From positions 130,954 through 194,953 of the forward strand of contig NMRA01000567.1 of the NCBI GenBank assembly GCA_002633005.1: DNA of 64,000 bases, in the 5' to 3' direction. Every line of letters begins with the position of its first letter. Within the stretch, counting starts at the first letter, position 1. Of this stretch, positions 46,882 to 59,630 are shown piece after piece. The notes under the pieces were generated by a model. The model was not told the origin of the DNA, made no database searches, and saw nothing but the letters and a program-made list of their open reading frames with translations. The position numbers and the translations under genes are program-made. The DNA comes from Phoronis australis. Its lineage: Eukaryota > Animalia > Phoronida.

Positions 46882-49161
46882 GGAAAGTGAATTACTCTGT
46901 ACTAGACGTTGCGAGATGGTACTTTCGTCAGGAATTCTTTAAAAGGTATCAGATTAAACGAACCACGTTGGTTTTTCTAGATTACTCCAATTTGAATCTT
47001 AAACCCCAAACTTACTAATCCATTTTCGTCAAATTTTGATTATTCATCTGGACAGTATTTATAATTAACCTGTCTCCGAAGGCTAAATCTTTGAAGCCAA
47101 TTAAGTTGCGTTGGCCTGGGCATACAGGCAAGGATTAGTGTATTCAGGATTAAAATAAAATATCAGACTTGTTACCAGATTAACATGATTTATATGCAAG
47201 GTGAAATTCCAGAAATATTACGAACTGAGATCAAAATCCATCTTAATCATGCATGTTGAACAGTGATACGGTGTTTAAAACAGTTTGAATTTATAACAAA
47301 AGAATAGATGTTTTAGTATTATTGTCACAGCTTGTATTGTAACAGACACCTATAGTATTAAGACGGTGTAATATTTCGTAATGCAATGTGTTTTGCTCAA
47401 GTTTTGAAGAAACTTAAACTGTTGCAGGAAACATTATGGAATTTAATATCTGTCTTTGGACTGGACTGAGTTGCCGTAGACGCAACAATCTCGCGAAGGA
47501 AGCTAGAAAGTGTGGTCACTTGTTTTGCTTGTAATAGGCTACGGGGCATTATCTCGTGAAGTGCTGTGTGATCTTGCGTTTTGTAAGACTCTCGCGACTA
47601 TGGAACGCTCGCCTGGATAGTTGTCGTTCAGCCATGGTGGTATATTTGCAGTGTCATGTTCACTGAACTATAGCTTAGGAGCCCGCTCCAAATAAGGCAC
47701 TCGGGTAGAACATGAGCTCAGGGATCCTTCTCGAAAGTTGGGTGTTGACCGGAGCATGAAAACCGTGGCGTCCGCGTGAGAGTGTAGAAAATGTAACGCC
47801 TGGGGAATGGCTCAACTTATTAGGGCCTCAAGACTTTTAAAAACTAATTGGGGGTTTCGAAAGAATTAGCGTGGCATGTTAAGAGTATAAAATAAAATAT
47901 GGTATGATTTCCTGCTGAATTGCTAACTATATTTCGACTGAGGCATTAAGTGAACACTTTTAAGGAAGAATTTGAATGACTAGAGAACCTTTTCCAAGTA
48001 ATTCTGGTAACTTTCAGCAAAAATGAAAGTTCGTTTGGTTTTTGTATGTTGTTTTTGTCTTTGATGTTCAGATTTGATATTTTCCATGAAATTTGACTGC
48101 CCATCATTCAGACAACAGGTGTAAATTACGAAGCCTATCTGATTAAAAAAATCAATAACTGTGAGGCTCCAACTGTAATTGGACATGGACACTGATCGTT
48201 AAACCTATGCAACCTTTCTTATCTCGTTGCATTGTGAGCACAAGTGAATTCTAATGATGCAATTATCCATGAACACAATATGGCTTCACATGCAATGGTC
48301 AGTTTACCGTAACAACATGCTCTGACGTTTTAAAGAAACATGTCTTTACTGACCCCCGCTGGTGTTATTTGAACCTGTCCTGGGGGGCTCTCCAGTGGCC
48401 ACTACCAGACTGTAACTCACCAGTGGTCACTACCAGACTGTATCCATGTGAGATCTAACAAATTTTGTTAACCCGTTTCTGTAAAAAAGAAGACGGTTAC
48501 ATTTTCTCATCCCTGGACCGACGCGACACTTTAATCACTTCCAGCAACAATGAACGAAATAAGCCCACTTCACCGCTGCTGAGAGTGAAGTTTGCACATG
48601 CGCCGGTATGAATAACCTCCAAGTTATGTTTTAAACCTTGAAAATACCCGAGGTCCGGATACAACAAACGCTAACTGCGTTGATATGAAACACTGCTGAG
48701 GGCATCCGCAAAAAGGCGTAGGGCAATTTGACGCTACGAAAATACCCGAAGTGTTCCGGATGCCCCTCTGAAGTGCTCTGGATGGTCCGAGACCTGTATT
48801 CAAAAGTGATGAAATGTGCTCATAAAAGCGTGAGCGGTGTTGTTCGAGTAGCCTGACAAAATTTCCTTTCTGCACTTACGGTACCTTTCCATAAATATAA
48901 AAAAATATTTCACACAAACCATGCTCAACTGTATTTTTCGATTTTGGAAAGACTGACTACTTTGCCACAATCAGTTGAGACCCTACCATGCAAGTGTGAT
49001 TTGGTGACTATTGTTCACGATAAATCTTAGCTAATGATGAAGATAAGTCAGTTCAGATCTTTCCATCTTAAAGTTGTATTGGTGAAACTGTTCATTCCAG
49101 GCTTATTCTTAGTTTGTTCTGCTTTGTGCTTACACCGCATGATGTTTTAGCAAAACTAATA

Positions 49162-49301
49162 CATGGGCGGCGCACCGCAGGGGCTGGGGAGCTATAGCCC
49201 CCACCTTTTTCAGTGCTGCGCCGCCCATGGTCTATGAGCGGTTCACCAAAGGGGGACTGGGGGCTAATGCTCTCCATTTTTCCAGTGCTGCGCCACCCAT
49301 G
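49162..49301. mobile_element. Head-to-tail dimer of the 70-bp micro-MITE
   Basis: Two tandem units ending cagtgctgcgccRcccatg; flanks TAATA/AAATA. Confidence 0.72.
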
Positions 49302-50658
49302 AAATATGTATAAATGTGGAGAAATGATGGTTGGGAAGGCTACTGTTTTGTGACCAAATCTGTCCTCCCTCTATATCAAAGATAACTCCAATAATATCTT
49401 CGTCTATGATATAATCTTGTTCCATTCATGCTCCTTACAGTAATTCAGTAATGTTTTTTGTTCATTGTTATCTGGTAGATGCGGTCTAATAATTCGTAGG
49501 TCATGTCATGTGCTGCACCATTTCATGAGTAGTAAAACGCAAGCAGCTGAATTCAAACACTGACACTTTATTGACCGAGAAGTTCATAGATATTAGGTCA
49601 GTCACTTACGGTTTGTATGTTTGACTGATAATTTCTACCAAAGAGCACTGAATGTTGAACTCTGGGTAGTTATTATATTTTATAATCATTTATAAACAGC
49701 TGTCCCAATGGCCATTATAGTATTTAGTTTTAAAATCATTTGTCAACAGAATCAGGTTAGAAATTCATAAGCTATGTTATGACCAACGCCAGGACCAATT
49801 GTGTGACAGCTGCAAACAACAGCTCTTCCTGAATCGATCAGCATAGAAGCTAATATATTGCTAATAACAATAAAAAACGTCTCGGTAGACAAATTTCATA
49901 ACTCACATTCCAATTTTCAACCAGCGTTTGATATAGACGGCGTACACTTATGGAATTGGTTTCAGATTGTTCCTGAGTGAGATTCGAGGTGATTTTAGGC
50001 CTCGAGAGAAATAGCAGTCCGTTATCGCCTGAGACCAGGCTCTACAACATGGCTTGTCACGGCGTGACATTTTATGCGCCGAGCATGTTCTAGCGGAATA
50101 ACTGTCAGTCCTGTGCGAACCCATGAATCACTTCTCAGCTGAGTACAGAACAAGTTGAGACTAATGTTTAGTGGCATGGTTTAATTCAAGTCTGCGCTTT
50201 TTGGAATGGACTCGGGCTTACCGCTTTACGCTTTGAATTCATATATTTTCCTACTTGCCTCTCCAAAAAACCTGGGCGATTGTACAAGACTACAATTCGA
50301 CCTTTCTTCGTGACAAGCTAACAAGTACAGTGTTGACACTCAATAATGAATGGGCAAAAAATTCCATGTCGACAAAACAAGTGTCTTGACACAATATAAT
50401 ACTATAAATCAATTGTAGTAGCACGAGCGCTTATGTATGAACAGAAGTGACTGATTTGAGACTCGAAAGGCATCTTTGTTCATCTGAGACTTTGAGGTGT
50501 TAGTACAGGCCTTCCTGGCTCTGTCATTCAATTCCAAATGCATGAATTTGTAATTTGTCTCTTCTTTTGCACAAAATGAGTATTTTTGTTTTTAATATTC
50601 ATTATCAATAACCAAGAAAAGGACACAGTACAGAAACCATATTCTCACACGCATTCAT

Positions 50659-50749
50659 CCATCATTTGTTACATACAGCCATCATTTGTTACATACAGCC
50701 ATCATTTGTTACATACAGCCATCATTTGTTACATACAGCCATCATTTGT
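50659..50749. repeat. Minisatellite, 20-bp unit (CCATCATTTGTTACATACAG), about 4.5 copies
   Basis: Directly visible, perfect copies. Confidence 0.92.
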
Positions 50750-52348
50750 CGTTGCAGTGTTGAAAGTTACTAAGCCGTCAATTTTCAAATTCTTCTACAT
50801 AGCTATTCGTAACAAGTAAAACCTTCTGGCAGATAAATCTGTACTGTAAAAACTTATTGAAACATTGAATGTTTGAAAAAGAACGTCCTATTTTGGCATA
50901 ATAGATACAATTTATTTTGGAAATTGGTAAAACCGAATTTGAAATTTGTGATTCTTTACGAGGTATTTTTCCGAATGGCGTGTTTGGTGCGTGTACTGTT
51001 AGTAGTTAACCCCAGACTTCGGGGTTCGTGTCACCAATGTTACGTTTAGTCCTTTTCATTACTGAAATTGTAAATCTAGGAAAATGGCATATTTTGTTCT
51101 AGAATGAAACTGCTGAACCAAACCAAACCTAGAAATGCACATGGATAATTTCTTGAAAATTTTTGCAGCTTCCCGCACCTTTTTGGAACGTTTTAGACGC
51201 TTAATACACATGGCTGTTAGTGATATCTGCAAACGCTCATTGCGTAACAAAAGCTACGATGCTTTTGATTAAACCTACTTACGGTTACGAAATTAGACCT
51301 AAATTGTTCCTTAGTGACATTAGAGATGATTTCTTACATTTGAATCACTGTTCAATGTTGCTTGAGACAAGGCTCTTCAAGTAAATTTGTCACGGTGGAC
51401 AATTCTATGCGCAGAGCACTGTCTCAAATACTAATAACGAACTCTCATACCCCATTCAAGATAAGTTTAATAGCGGTAAGTAGTCTAAATAAATAAATTG
51501 TTTTATTCCAACTCATTTCGGGTGCATTGCTATTTTAAACAACCCCATTCTGGCAAAATGTCTCCGTTTTGATTTCATGACAACCAGTGAGAACATGGCT
51601 TATTTGTTGTCCAGATGCACGTGGCGCTATATCCGTTGCAGAGGTAGGGATGCAGATTGCGAAGCTAGTTTGCTAATTCAAAGCATGGACATTAGAAATT
51701 TACGCATCGTGTTATGTGCAGACAGCAGGCATACATAGAAATATAATATGACGAGATTTTTCGTTGTTTCCGGCAATACTTCAAGTTCATGCCGAACGTC
51801 CGGGTCATTAAATCAAGTGTGTCAGCTTATGCATAAATTACGATAATGGCTAACCATCGTTTCTGTGCAACAGCTTCAACGAAATAAATTTTGACTGATT
51901 TTGTTGAAGCTTCGATGTCACTTTCCCAATTTTAATGCTTAGTATAGTGCTTTGGTAGCAACAGATTAAGAATAGTCGATTGTCGTTATTCATTGACAAC
52001 TGTGTCCTTCCGCAGAATAAGTTGAAATTGATCGTGGTCCGTTGAGGGGAAAATGATGCTTGGTAATTACGCTCGTAATTTCGACCGTTTTTCGCTCGTA
52101 ATTTTACGCTTGTAAAATACGAGCGTGAGATTGATTGAGCTGTTAATGAGGTTATGTTGGACCCTAAAAAGGCCAAATTTGGCTACCTTTGGAACGTCAT
52201 ATCTCAGAAATGGCTGAGTGGATTTTTATGAAGCTTTCATAGACTGCTGTATGCACACTGTTCTCCAGAAAAATCTTAAGTGTAAAAAGTGTCATTGTAT
52301 CGCGGCCCATTCAATCTTGCGCTGGTTTTTTACGAGTGCAAAATATAC

Positions 52349-52409
52349 GAGCGTAAAATTGAGAGCGTAAAATTGCGAGCGTAAAATCGCGAGCGTAAAA
52401 TTGCGAGCG
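52349..52409. repeat. 14-bp tandem repeat (GAGCGTAAAATTGC), about 4 copies
   Basis: Directly visible; lies within an element with an IR at ~52066-52087/52509-52531. Confidence 0.8.
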
Positions 52410-52918
52410 TGCAACTGCGTCAAACCTACAAACCAATTTTTCACTGGATATAACCATAGATTATAGTCTATGATATAACAATTACAGTCGTAAAACATGA
52501 ACGAAGTTTCGGTCGCAATTACGAGCGTAATCGCGGACGACACTTTCCCGCGAGTAACCCACGCGACTGAGTTGGCTTTTCTTCGACCGACTTTGGAGTT
52601 CTCCAAAACATCATTTTTATAGTTAATTCTAGTACATGGCCAAACTTTCCCAAAGATTTCAAGCTGGTCGCAAAACTGTAAAACTAGCGTCCCATTTTTC
52701 TCCTTTGTTATGATGAAGATAGTGATGAGCATTTATCGGTAACTGCTCCCTCTGATGGAGACCCAAAATATGAAATTTATGCATGCATTTTTGTATCGAG
52801 AAAGACGCAACGAAGGAAAGTAATGATATGTCCAATAAGTGATAACTATGTTTATTGCTGTCACACGGGGCCGAAAATGACTTTATGATCGCCATTCATC
52901 TTAAGTGTGCTAACGAAG

Positions 52919-53061
52919 CATGGGCGGCGCAGCACTGAAAAAAGTGGGGGGCTAAAGACATCCCACCCTCCTGTGGTGCACCGCCTATAGACTATGGGAG
53001 GCGCAGCACTGAAAAAGTGGGGGTCCATAGCTCCCCAGCCCCCTAAGATGCGCCGCCCATG
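52919..53061. mobile_element. Dimer of the 70-bp micro-MITE, opposite orientation
   Basis: Approximate reverse complement of 49162-49301 including the junction; flanks CGAAG/CGAAA. Confidence 0.72.
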
Positions 53062-54369
53062 CGAAAGCAGATTATTTCGATGAGCTTAGGACGCTTATAG
53101 CACAGATCACCAGTTTACGGAAAATGGCTTTGTGGATTTAAATCACGGGGTCTGGTAAGAACATCTGAATATACGCCCTTGGTATACAAGGACATCAGAA
53201 TAAGCTAGCCCAAAATGAAAAAATATCACCTTCATAAGTTTTGCGAAGAGTTTTTTTGTTAACTGGAACCTGATGTGAATTACATGTAGGCTAACCGAAA
53301 AATGTACATGCACGGTACCAAGCTGTTTGAATCGATCTGACATGTCATGAAGCTCAAGTTGATGTGAATTGGTTGGTAATGTATGAATCTTAAAGAACTT
53401 TTAAGTCGGTATATTTACTATTGTGTACAATAATAATCCCCCAGGGTCTTTTGTGGTTTTGTGCCTCCATGCAAAGACAGTTTCATCATGAACACATTGA
53501 AAAGGATACGCTTGTATGGGACTTCCGCATTATTTTGCTTTGCGCTTGTGGGACTACTCATCTATAACCGTGAGGGGAGGGGGTGGCTTAACTGCGTGCG
53601 TCAGAACTGTCCATTCTCTGAAGCATTATTTATTACAAGTTCTGAAAAAATAACATGTGAGTTACAAGCCCTAATCAGTTTTCTTCGATGTCTACATAAG
53701 CGTGTAAGTCGAAAAACTAATGCAAGCAACCTTGGCATATGAAGCCGACTCATGCATGGCAACTCAAATGAAATCTTAAGCCATCGGAAATGTTATCTTT
53801 CTATAATTCACAGTTTTCTTCATGTTTATCTCCATGCCGCTGTTTTTTCACAGTCTCAGTTTTTCAGTTGTTTTGTTCCTCATGTCCTCCGCCACTGTGT
53901 GGGATTGATAGAGAGTGACAAACAGACAATTGTAATGCACCAACCACCAACCATCCAAGCGGGGACACACCGTAACATGTGTTTCTTATACAAAAGACTG
54001 TACGGCATCATTTAAAAACAGGAGTAGCAATTAATGCCGTCGTCTTGGGTTCCCTCCGAGCGTGGTCCTTATAAAAGGTATAAACAGGAAAATAGCGGTC
54101 ATGATTGCTATCACCGGGCCCCCGCTCTCAGAGGGAGCCCTTAAACATGGAATGATATAATTTTGAAAACATGAGATGGTTGTCAATTGTTTCAAAAAAT
54201 GGGAAAAGAGTGACAGTTTATTTTATCATCTCTTGTTAAAGAGAGATCCCTGGTGAAATGGAGCTTTGAATATTCTAAAAGTTACTTTCTTGAATTTAAA
54301 AAGTTGAAAAATGTGCTGTACAGTATCTGTGTGTATTAAGTTTTCTCTGTTACATTTTAGAAGTATGGT

Positions 54370-55110
54370 TAATTGCCCTCCGCCAATGGCTGTATCTCTT
54401 ATACTCTCTGCAGAGTCTTTGTTAAATTTGGCAAATATGTTTGTATGAAAGTAACAACGGATAGCGCCGACGTTCGGACGGATCTGACTACCGTTAAGCC
54501 TTCTAATGGCATTTTCATTTTTCCGCTTTCCTCAGTATCTGTGGAGTTCTTGGCTGCATTTTTTTGAAATTTAGCAGATAGGTTTTTATTTATAATTCCA
54601 TGACATCTTTTCGTTTTCAAATGTATTTGACGTAATGTAGGCCTCCTTTATGTTCAAGTCTGGTTTAGACGTCCATCTCTCTATCGGACAAACCACTCTC
54701 AACAATCGCTTTGAAAAATGGTAAATGTATTCCTACTGCGAAGAGCATTGTTGATGATTTTTGACAGCTTTGACTACTGTAGCGTCCCCTAGTGGCTGTT
54801 TGATTTTTTGCATCTGCAGCAGTTCTTCCTGCAGGATCTTTGTGGAATTTGGACATGTATTTTTATGAACGTGACAACAGATGATGACGTTTAAACGTAT
54901 TTGACAACCACTGTGCCACCATTAACAATATTATTTTTCTACGGTCTTGACTGATTTGTTCCTTTAAGGAGAGCATCGCTGACTTGCTATGCACCCCTTA
55001 GAGGCTATCTTAAGTTTACAACCATTGTTCCATTTTAGTAAGAATGCTTAATGTAGTAATCAAACCTTTTATCTGCGCAATATGCGATGCACACGGGGGT
55101 CGCATATCAA
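54370..55110 (+). mobile_element. HINE-family copy
   Basis: Units with ttcggacggatctgactac and gcgtcccctagtggc; 3' part shared with 59160-59620. Confidence 0.65.
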
Positions 55111-56084
55111 AACTTGGCGTAACCATTATCATTTTCGCATTGTAGTCGACATTTGAAATGTTGAAAAGGGCAATTTACCAATTATCATTTTTTAAAATAA
55201 ATCAAGTGAAAAATTACCTCCACTTTTTGGACTTAATAAGGTAGAAATTAACACATTCAAGTACAATGTCTTAACTTAGTGAGCTATGCTGTTTGAGTAA
55301 CTCCGAGTTCCCAACAAATCCCAAGTGTGTTCGATAAATCAACTGGAAAATTAAGGCCTCCGATCCATTTATAATGTAGCTATTGTTTAGATTCTGCGGT
55401 CTTCCTTATACGTGTCGTTTATTTTCGTACCACATTTTGGTGACTAGATATGGATTATCCATCAAGAGTGATGTCAGATAATGACTACACGTATATTGTT
55501 CCTAGTTAAAACCTCAACGTGCAAGTGATCTAGATGTTTGCGGTCGATGCCCGTGTGGTTATACCCTTGTATTACCATTACGACAAGTCATTCAATGCTT
55601 TTTTTTCGCTGACGTTAACTCAATTTATTAATCCCTTATTTGTATTTCAAAGATAACGATGTGGTAGTTGCGGTGACTGATGCACTAAACATGTATTTAC
55701 TGATGTTCTCAAGAGCCTTGCCGGGTGTTTGGGCCATTATGTATAGTTCATTTGTTGTTGTTTTGTTTTTTGTTTTGTTTCATTTTTCATTATCCAAGCA
55801 ATGTGTCAGGAATGATAGTGGTCTCTTTTCCACTGTACGTTGTAAGGTAATTTCGGCCGTAACTGTTGGTCTTGTACGTGGTCACGATGTGGGAATACGA
55901 AATCCAGCCAATAATAGTGGAATGTTGTCTTGAATTTCACGCCAGTCTTGTTCCATGTCATCCCATTTATCAGGGAAATGGCCGGCTATTAATAACTAAA
56001 GGTCTCCAGGCCTCTGATAAACTATGCAAATTTATTTATTTATATGTTCAATGACGTATATTTACACTGAATGTTGTTTTTCAG

Positions 56085-56225
56085 ATTATGACTTGGAAGC
56101 TTTCATCAAAGAAGTCGTGAAAGCCGCTGATCGTGGAGTCTCGGCAGTAAACAATGTTACCATGGTTCCAAATTGGAGTTTTGGACAATCGGTGTTTTTT
56201 GCTGGAACAGTGATGACTACGATAG
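56085..56225 (+). CDS. KCNK1: TWIK/KCNK1-like K2P channel exon 2 (second cap helix, pore helix 1, TIG of the filter); later exons lie beyond the window
   Basis: tttttcag| acceptor; DYDLEAFIKEVVKAADRGVSAVNNVTMVPNWSFGQSVFFAGTVMTTI G|gtatgc; 141 nt, phase 1 to 1. Confidence 0.93.
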
Positions 56226-57120
56226 GTATGCATGTGCTGAATTTTCTAAGAAAACATTTCTTATATTGAAGGAGTGAACACGATTTTTTAGGAGAACTGT
56301 ATTTTAAAACATATCAGTTGAACTTTCCATTCCACAACTCTCAAGCCCACTGCACTACATACAATATAAGTTACAACGAACTCATAACGAGCGTTTTACA
56401 AAGGTCCCGGTTGATGAGCTGCTGTTCCTTGTAACAATGCGTGTTTTAAAAAAAAAAGAAGTTCTGTAGGCACAGTACAACGCAAGTTTTTTTGACCGAA
56501 AATCAGGGTTAACGAAAAGTTCAAAACCGTACACACTGCAGCCCAACAAATAAACTCAATGCTGTGTTTCTCCGAGAAAAGGCAAATGTTTTGCGGCCGG
56601 TGACATTGCACTTGTGTCTTTTTGACGAAACAGGGTGGCGTTCCGTAGTCGCTAGGTACGTGGCGATTGAAAATGGTGTTTACAGGTGTTTCGCTTTTAG
56701 TGCTTAGCGATATATCGGAGACTTGCGTGATCTCGCATTTATCCCAAGAAACTTACTCCACGGAACCAACCATAGATTGATGCTGAACATAACATGTTGT
56801 TTCGGCCGTCTTGTGTCTTAAACGGAAATTTATGGGATGTTGTCAATCTGCATATCTTCATGATGTTTAGCAGGAGCTGATTTAAAAGAAAGTATCTCTG
56901 CTCTGCCGCCTCTGCGATGTTCTAATGAGTCTGTCCATCCACAGCTCCTGGGACCTTTCTGTCCAGAATTCTGGGCCTTCCATGATCTCATCGTATAAAC
57001 TACATTTTTTACGGCAGTTCATGACTGTTTGCGCATGCCACCAAAGCGCTCTGCATTCAGCATTCAACTTGAAACAAACTACGTTAACTGTAATAAGCGT
57101 AATTTGATGAATCTTCAAAC

Positions 57121-57212
57121 TTCGTTATGTGTTATTTAGGGGTATTGTTTCGTTATGTGGTTATTTAGGGGTATTGTTTCGTTATGTGGTTATTTAGGGG
57201 TATTGTTTCGTT
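57121..57212. repeat. Minisatellite, ~29-bp unit (TTCGTTATGTGGTTATTTAGGGGTATTGT), 3 copies
   Basis: Directly visible. Confidence 0.9.
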
Positions 57213-58005
57213 TGCTTTTTCAAACTAAGTTTATGTGTAACATTATCAGATTGATCGACCACTTTACAAATATTTATAATACCAATATCCACACAAAAGC
57301 TGAAGATATTTCTCTTGGGACATGTTCATGAATCGGCATTTATAATATCCGTTTGCCCAGATTGTCACCTTTCGGCGTTGGCAAAATATGCTCCATGATT
57401 TAAACCAAGTTCCTTGATGTGTATATCACACACAACGCATTTGTCGAACCCAGCAATATCGAGTTTAGCACGTTTAAATGTGAAAGTGGAAAAGCGTGTC
57501 CATTTTTTAGAAATATATATGCAGACTTGAAAACTTCTTTCACGAAGATCTTGATCACCGATGACAGCACTGACGTGAATTTTACTCTGGTGTATCCCGC
57601 AATGGTCCTGACTATGTGGCTTGCGCGTCGGGTGCACTGCAAAAGACTCCAGACCAACCGTAATCTTTTATCCATCTAGTACATGACATTGTAGTTTCCA
57701 TTTCTTGAGTTACTGTCAGATTTGTACAGACTTTACTAATATTGTAACACTGCATTGCGGTAATTAAGTACCACTCCTAAAAATCTTGGACATCTGTTCT
57801 TTTAGAAATGAGCAGCACTCTCGCAATGACACTGCCGGGCTCATTTGTTATCTGAAGGGATGGACAAGAGTTCGTATATTATAACAAGGTCTCATGAGTT
57901 AGGAGACAAAGGGTTCTTTCCGTAGAGCATTTTTTTCAGAAAACCAAGCGAAAGCATAAAAGAATTAATTGAGGACTGGACTATTCTGAAAATGTGCTGT
58001 GTGTC

Positions 58006-58007
58006 CG

Positions 58008-58043
<36 letters not shown>

Positions 58044-58064
58044 TGTGTGTGTGTGTGTGTGTGT
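58006..58064. repeat. Compound microsatellite (CGTG)n(TG)n
   Basis: Directly visible. Confidence 0.92.
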
Positions 58065-58489
58065 TTTAAGCAGGTAAAACACTTGTTCAAGAAATGTACG
58101 ATGATGGTATTAAAGTTATGGAAGTTCTTCCATACCTACATACCGGTATAACTACCCAGTGGTTTGCAGCATAATATTATACGTTCTCACTAAAACCAGT
58201 AACTTTTCGGAATGAAACATCCCAAGTTGAAATGTCATATGTGCACGACGGCTCACGGAAACAAGTTTTAATGAGGTTATTCTAATTAACCGATTACTAG
58301 CCCTATGAGCTTCAGATAAGGTGAAAAAATGATATATGAAGGCAGATGTACCATTTCCACCGCCTCCACTACCACTACCACCTCCACTACTAAATAACGG
58401 CAGGTGGTCTGGTACATGTTGTCATGCCATGTGAGACGGTTACACTTATCACCTGGAACTATTTTTATGCTTTATTAATCTGCAGTTGA

Positions 58490-59630
58490 ATCTGTATTTA
58501 TAAGAAAGTGACAACATGTGGCGATGACTTTCGGACGGGTCCAACAACCGCTGTGCCCCCTTGTGGTAGTTTTTTTCGTTTTGTTCTGTATAGAAGTTCG
58601 TCTACGGATTTTTATGAAACTTAGTGAGTAAATTTGTATAAAAGAAGTAATGACATCTTTCCGTTTTCAGATGAATTTGACGTAATGCACGTCACCTAGT
58701 GGCCATTTTTGTTACTTTTGAGTTTGTTTCGGCGTCTGCGTCCCCGGCTGTGGGCCAATCCACTCTTAGGAAGATTATGAAAATTGACTTGTTTCTTCTT
58801 ACTGGGAAGACGAAATGTGACGATGATTTTTGGACAGCGCCGACTATTGCGGTGCCTCCAAATGGCAGTTTTATTTTCGTAACGTCCGTGGCTGTATCTC
58901 CTTAACCTTCTGCAGTGTCGTTAAATTTGGCAAGTGTATTTTTATGAAGGGGACAACGGATGACGACGACGTTCGGGCGGATCAGATTCCGGTTGTGCCC
59001 CCTCATTGTGGCAATTTTATTTTCTCCATTTTCCGCTTTATCTTTGGAGATCTTTGGTTGATTTTCATAACATTTTGCAAATAGTTTTCTATCAATGAGG
59101 GCGGTGACACTTTTTTGTTTTCAGATGGATTACGCTTCCTAGTGGCCGTTTCTATTATGCTTCAGTCTATTTTTGGCGTCCATCTCTCTATCGGCCAAAC
59201 CACTCTAGGGGTCGTTATGAAAGTTGGTAAATGTGTTCCTCGAGAGAGCATTGCTGACGATTTTTGGACAGTTTGCTGAGGCGCCCTCTTGTGGCAGTTT
59301 GCTTTTTCGCATTCGCAGCTGTCTCTCCCAGCAGGATTTTTGTAAAATTTGGCGAGTGTAATTCTAAGGACGTGACAACACATGACTACGTTTGCACGTG
59401 TGTGACTATCACTGTGTCCCCAGTGCCATTTTTATTGTTTACGAGCTTGGGAAGTGTGTTCCTATTGAGGAGAGCAGTGCTGATTTGCTATGCACCCCTA
59501 GAGTCTATTTTAAGTTTACTAGCTTTGGTCAATTTAGTGGGAATGTTTAAGACACTAACGATTTGTGTGTCTTCGCAATATGCGATGCACACGATGGGCG
59601 CAAATAAACGCTCAGTCTGGGTCTTGTTTA
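58490..59630 (+). mobile_element. HINE-family copy
   Basis: Units gtgcccccttgtggt, cacctagtggcca, ttcctagtggcc; ends gggcgcaaat..gtcttgttt. Confidence 0.7.

Noticed and set aside
50659-50749. Short tandem repeats here and at 12871 and 57121 as a possible CRISPR array
   Set aside because: No unique spacers, eukaryotic intronic context and no cas genes; these are ordinary minisatellites
53461-53742. Hydrophobic ORF as a possible third KCNK M1 exon
   Set aside because: Lacks the GAxxFxxxE motif, the cap helix and a matching phase-1 donor
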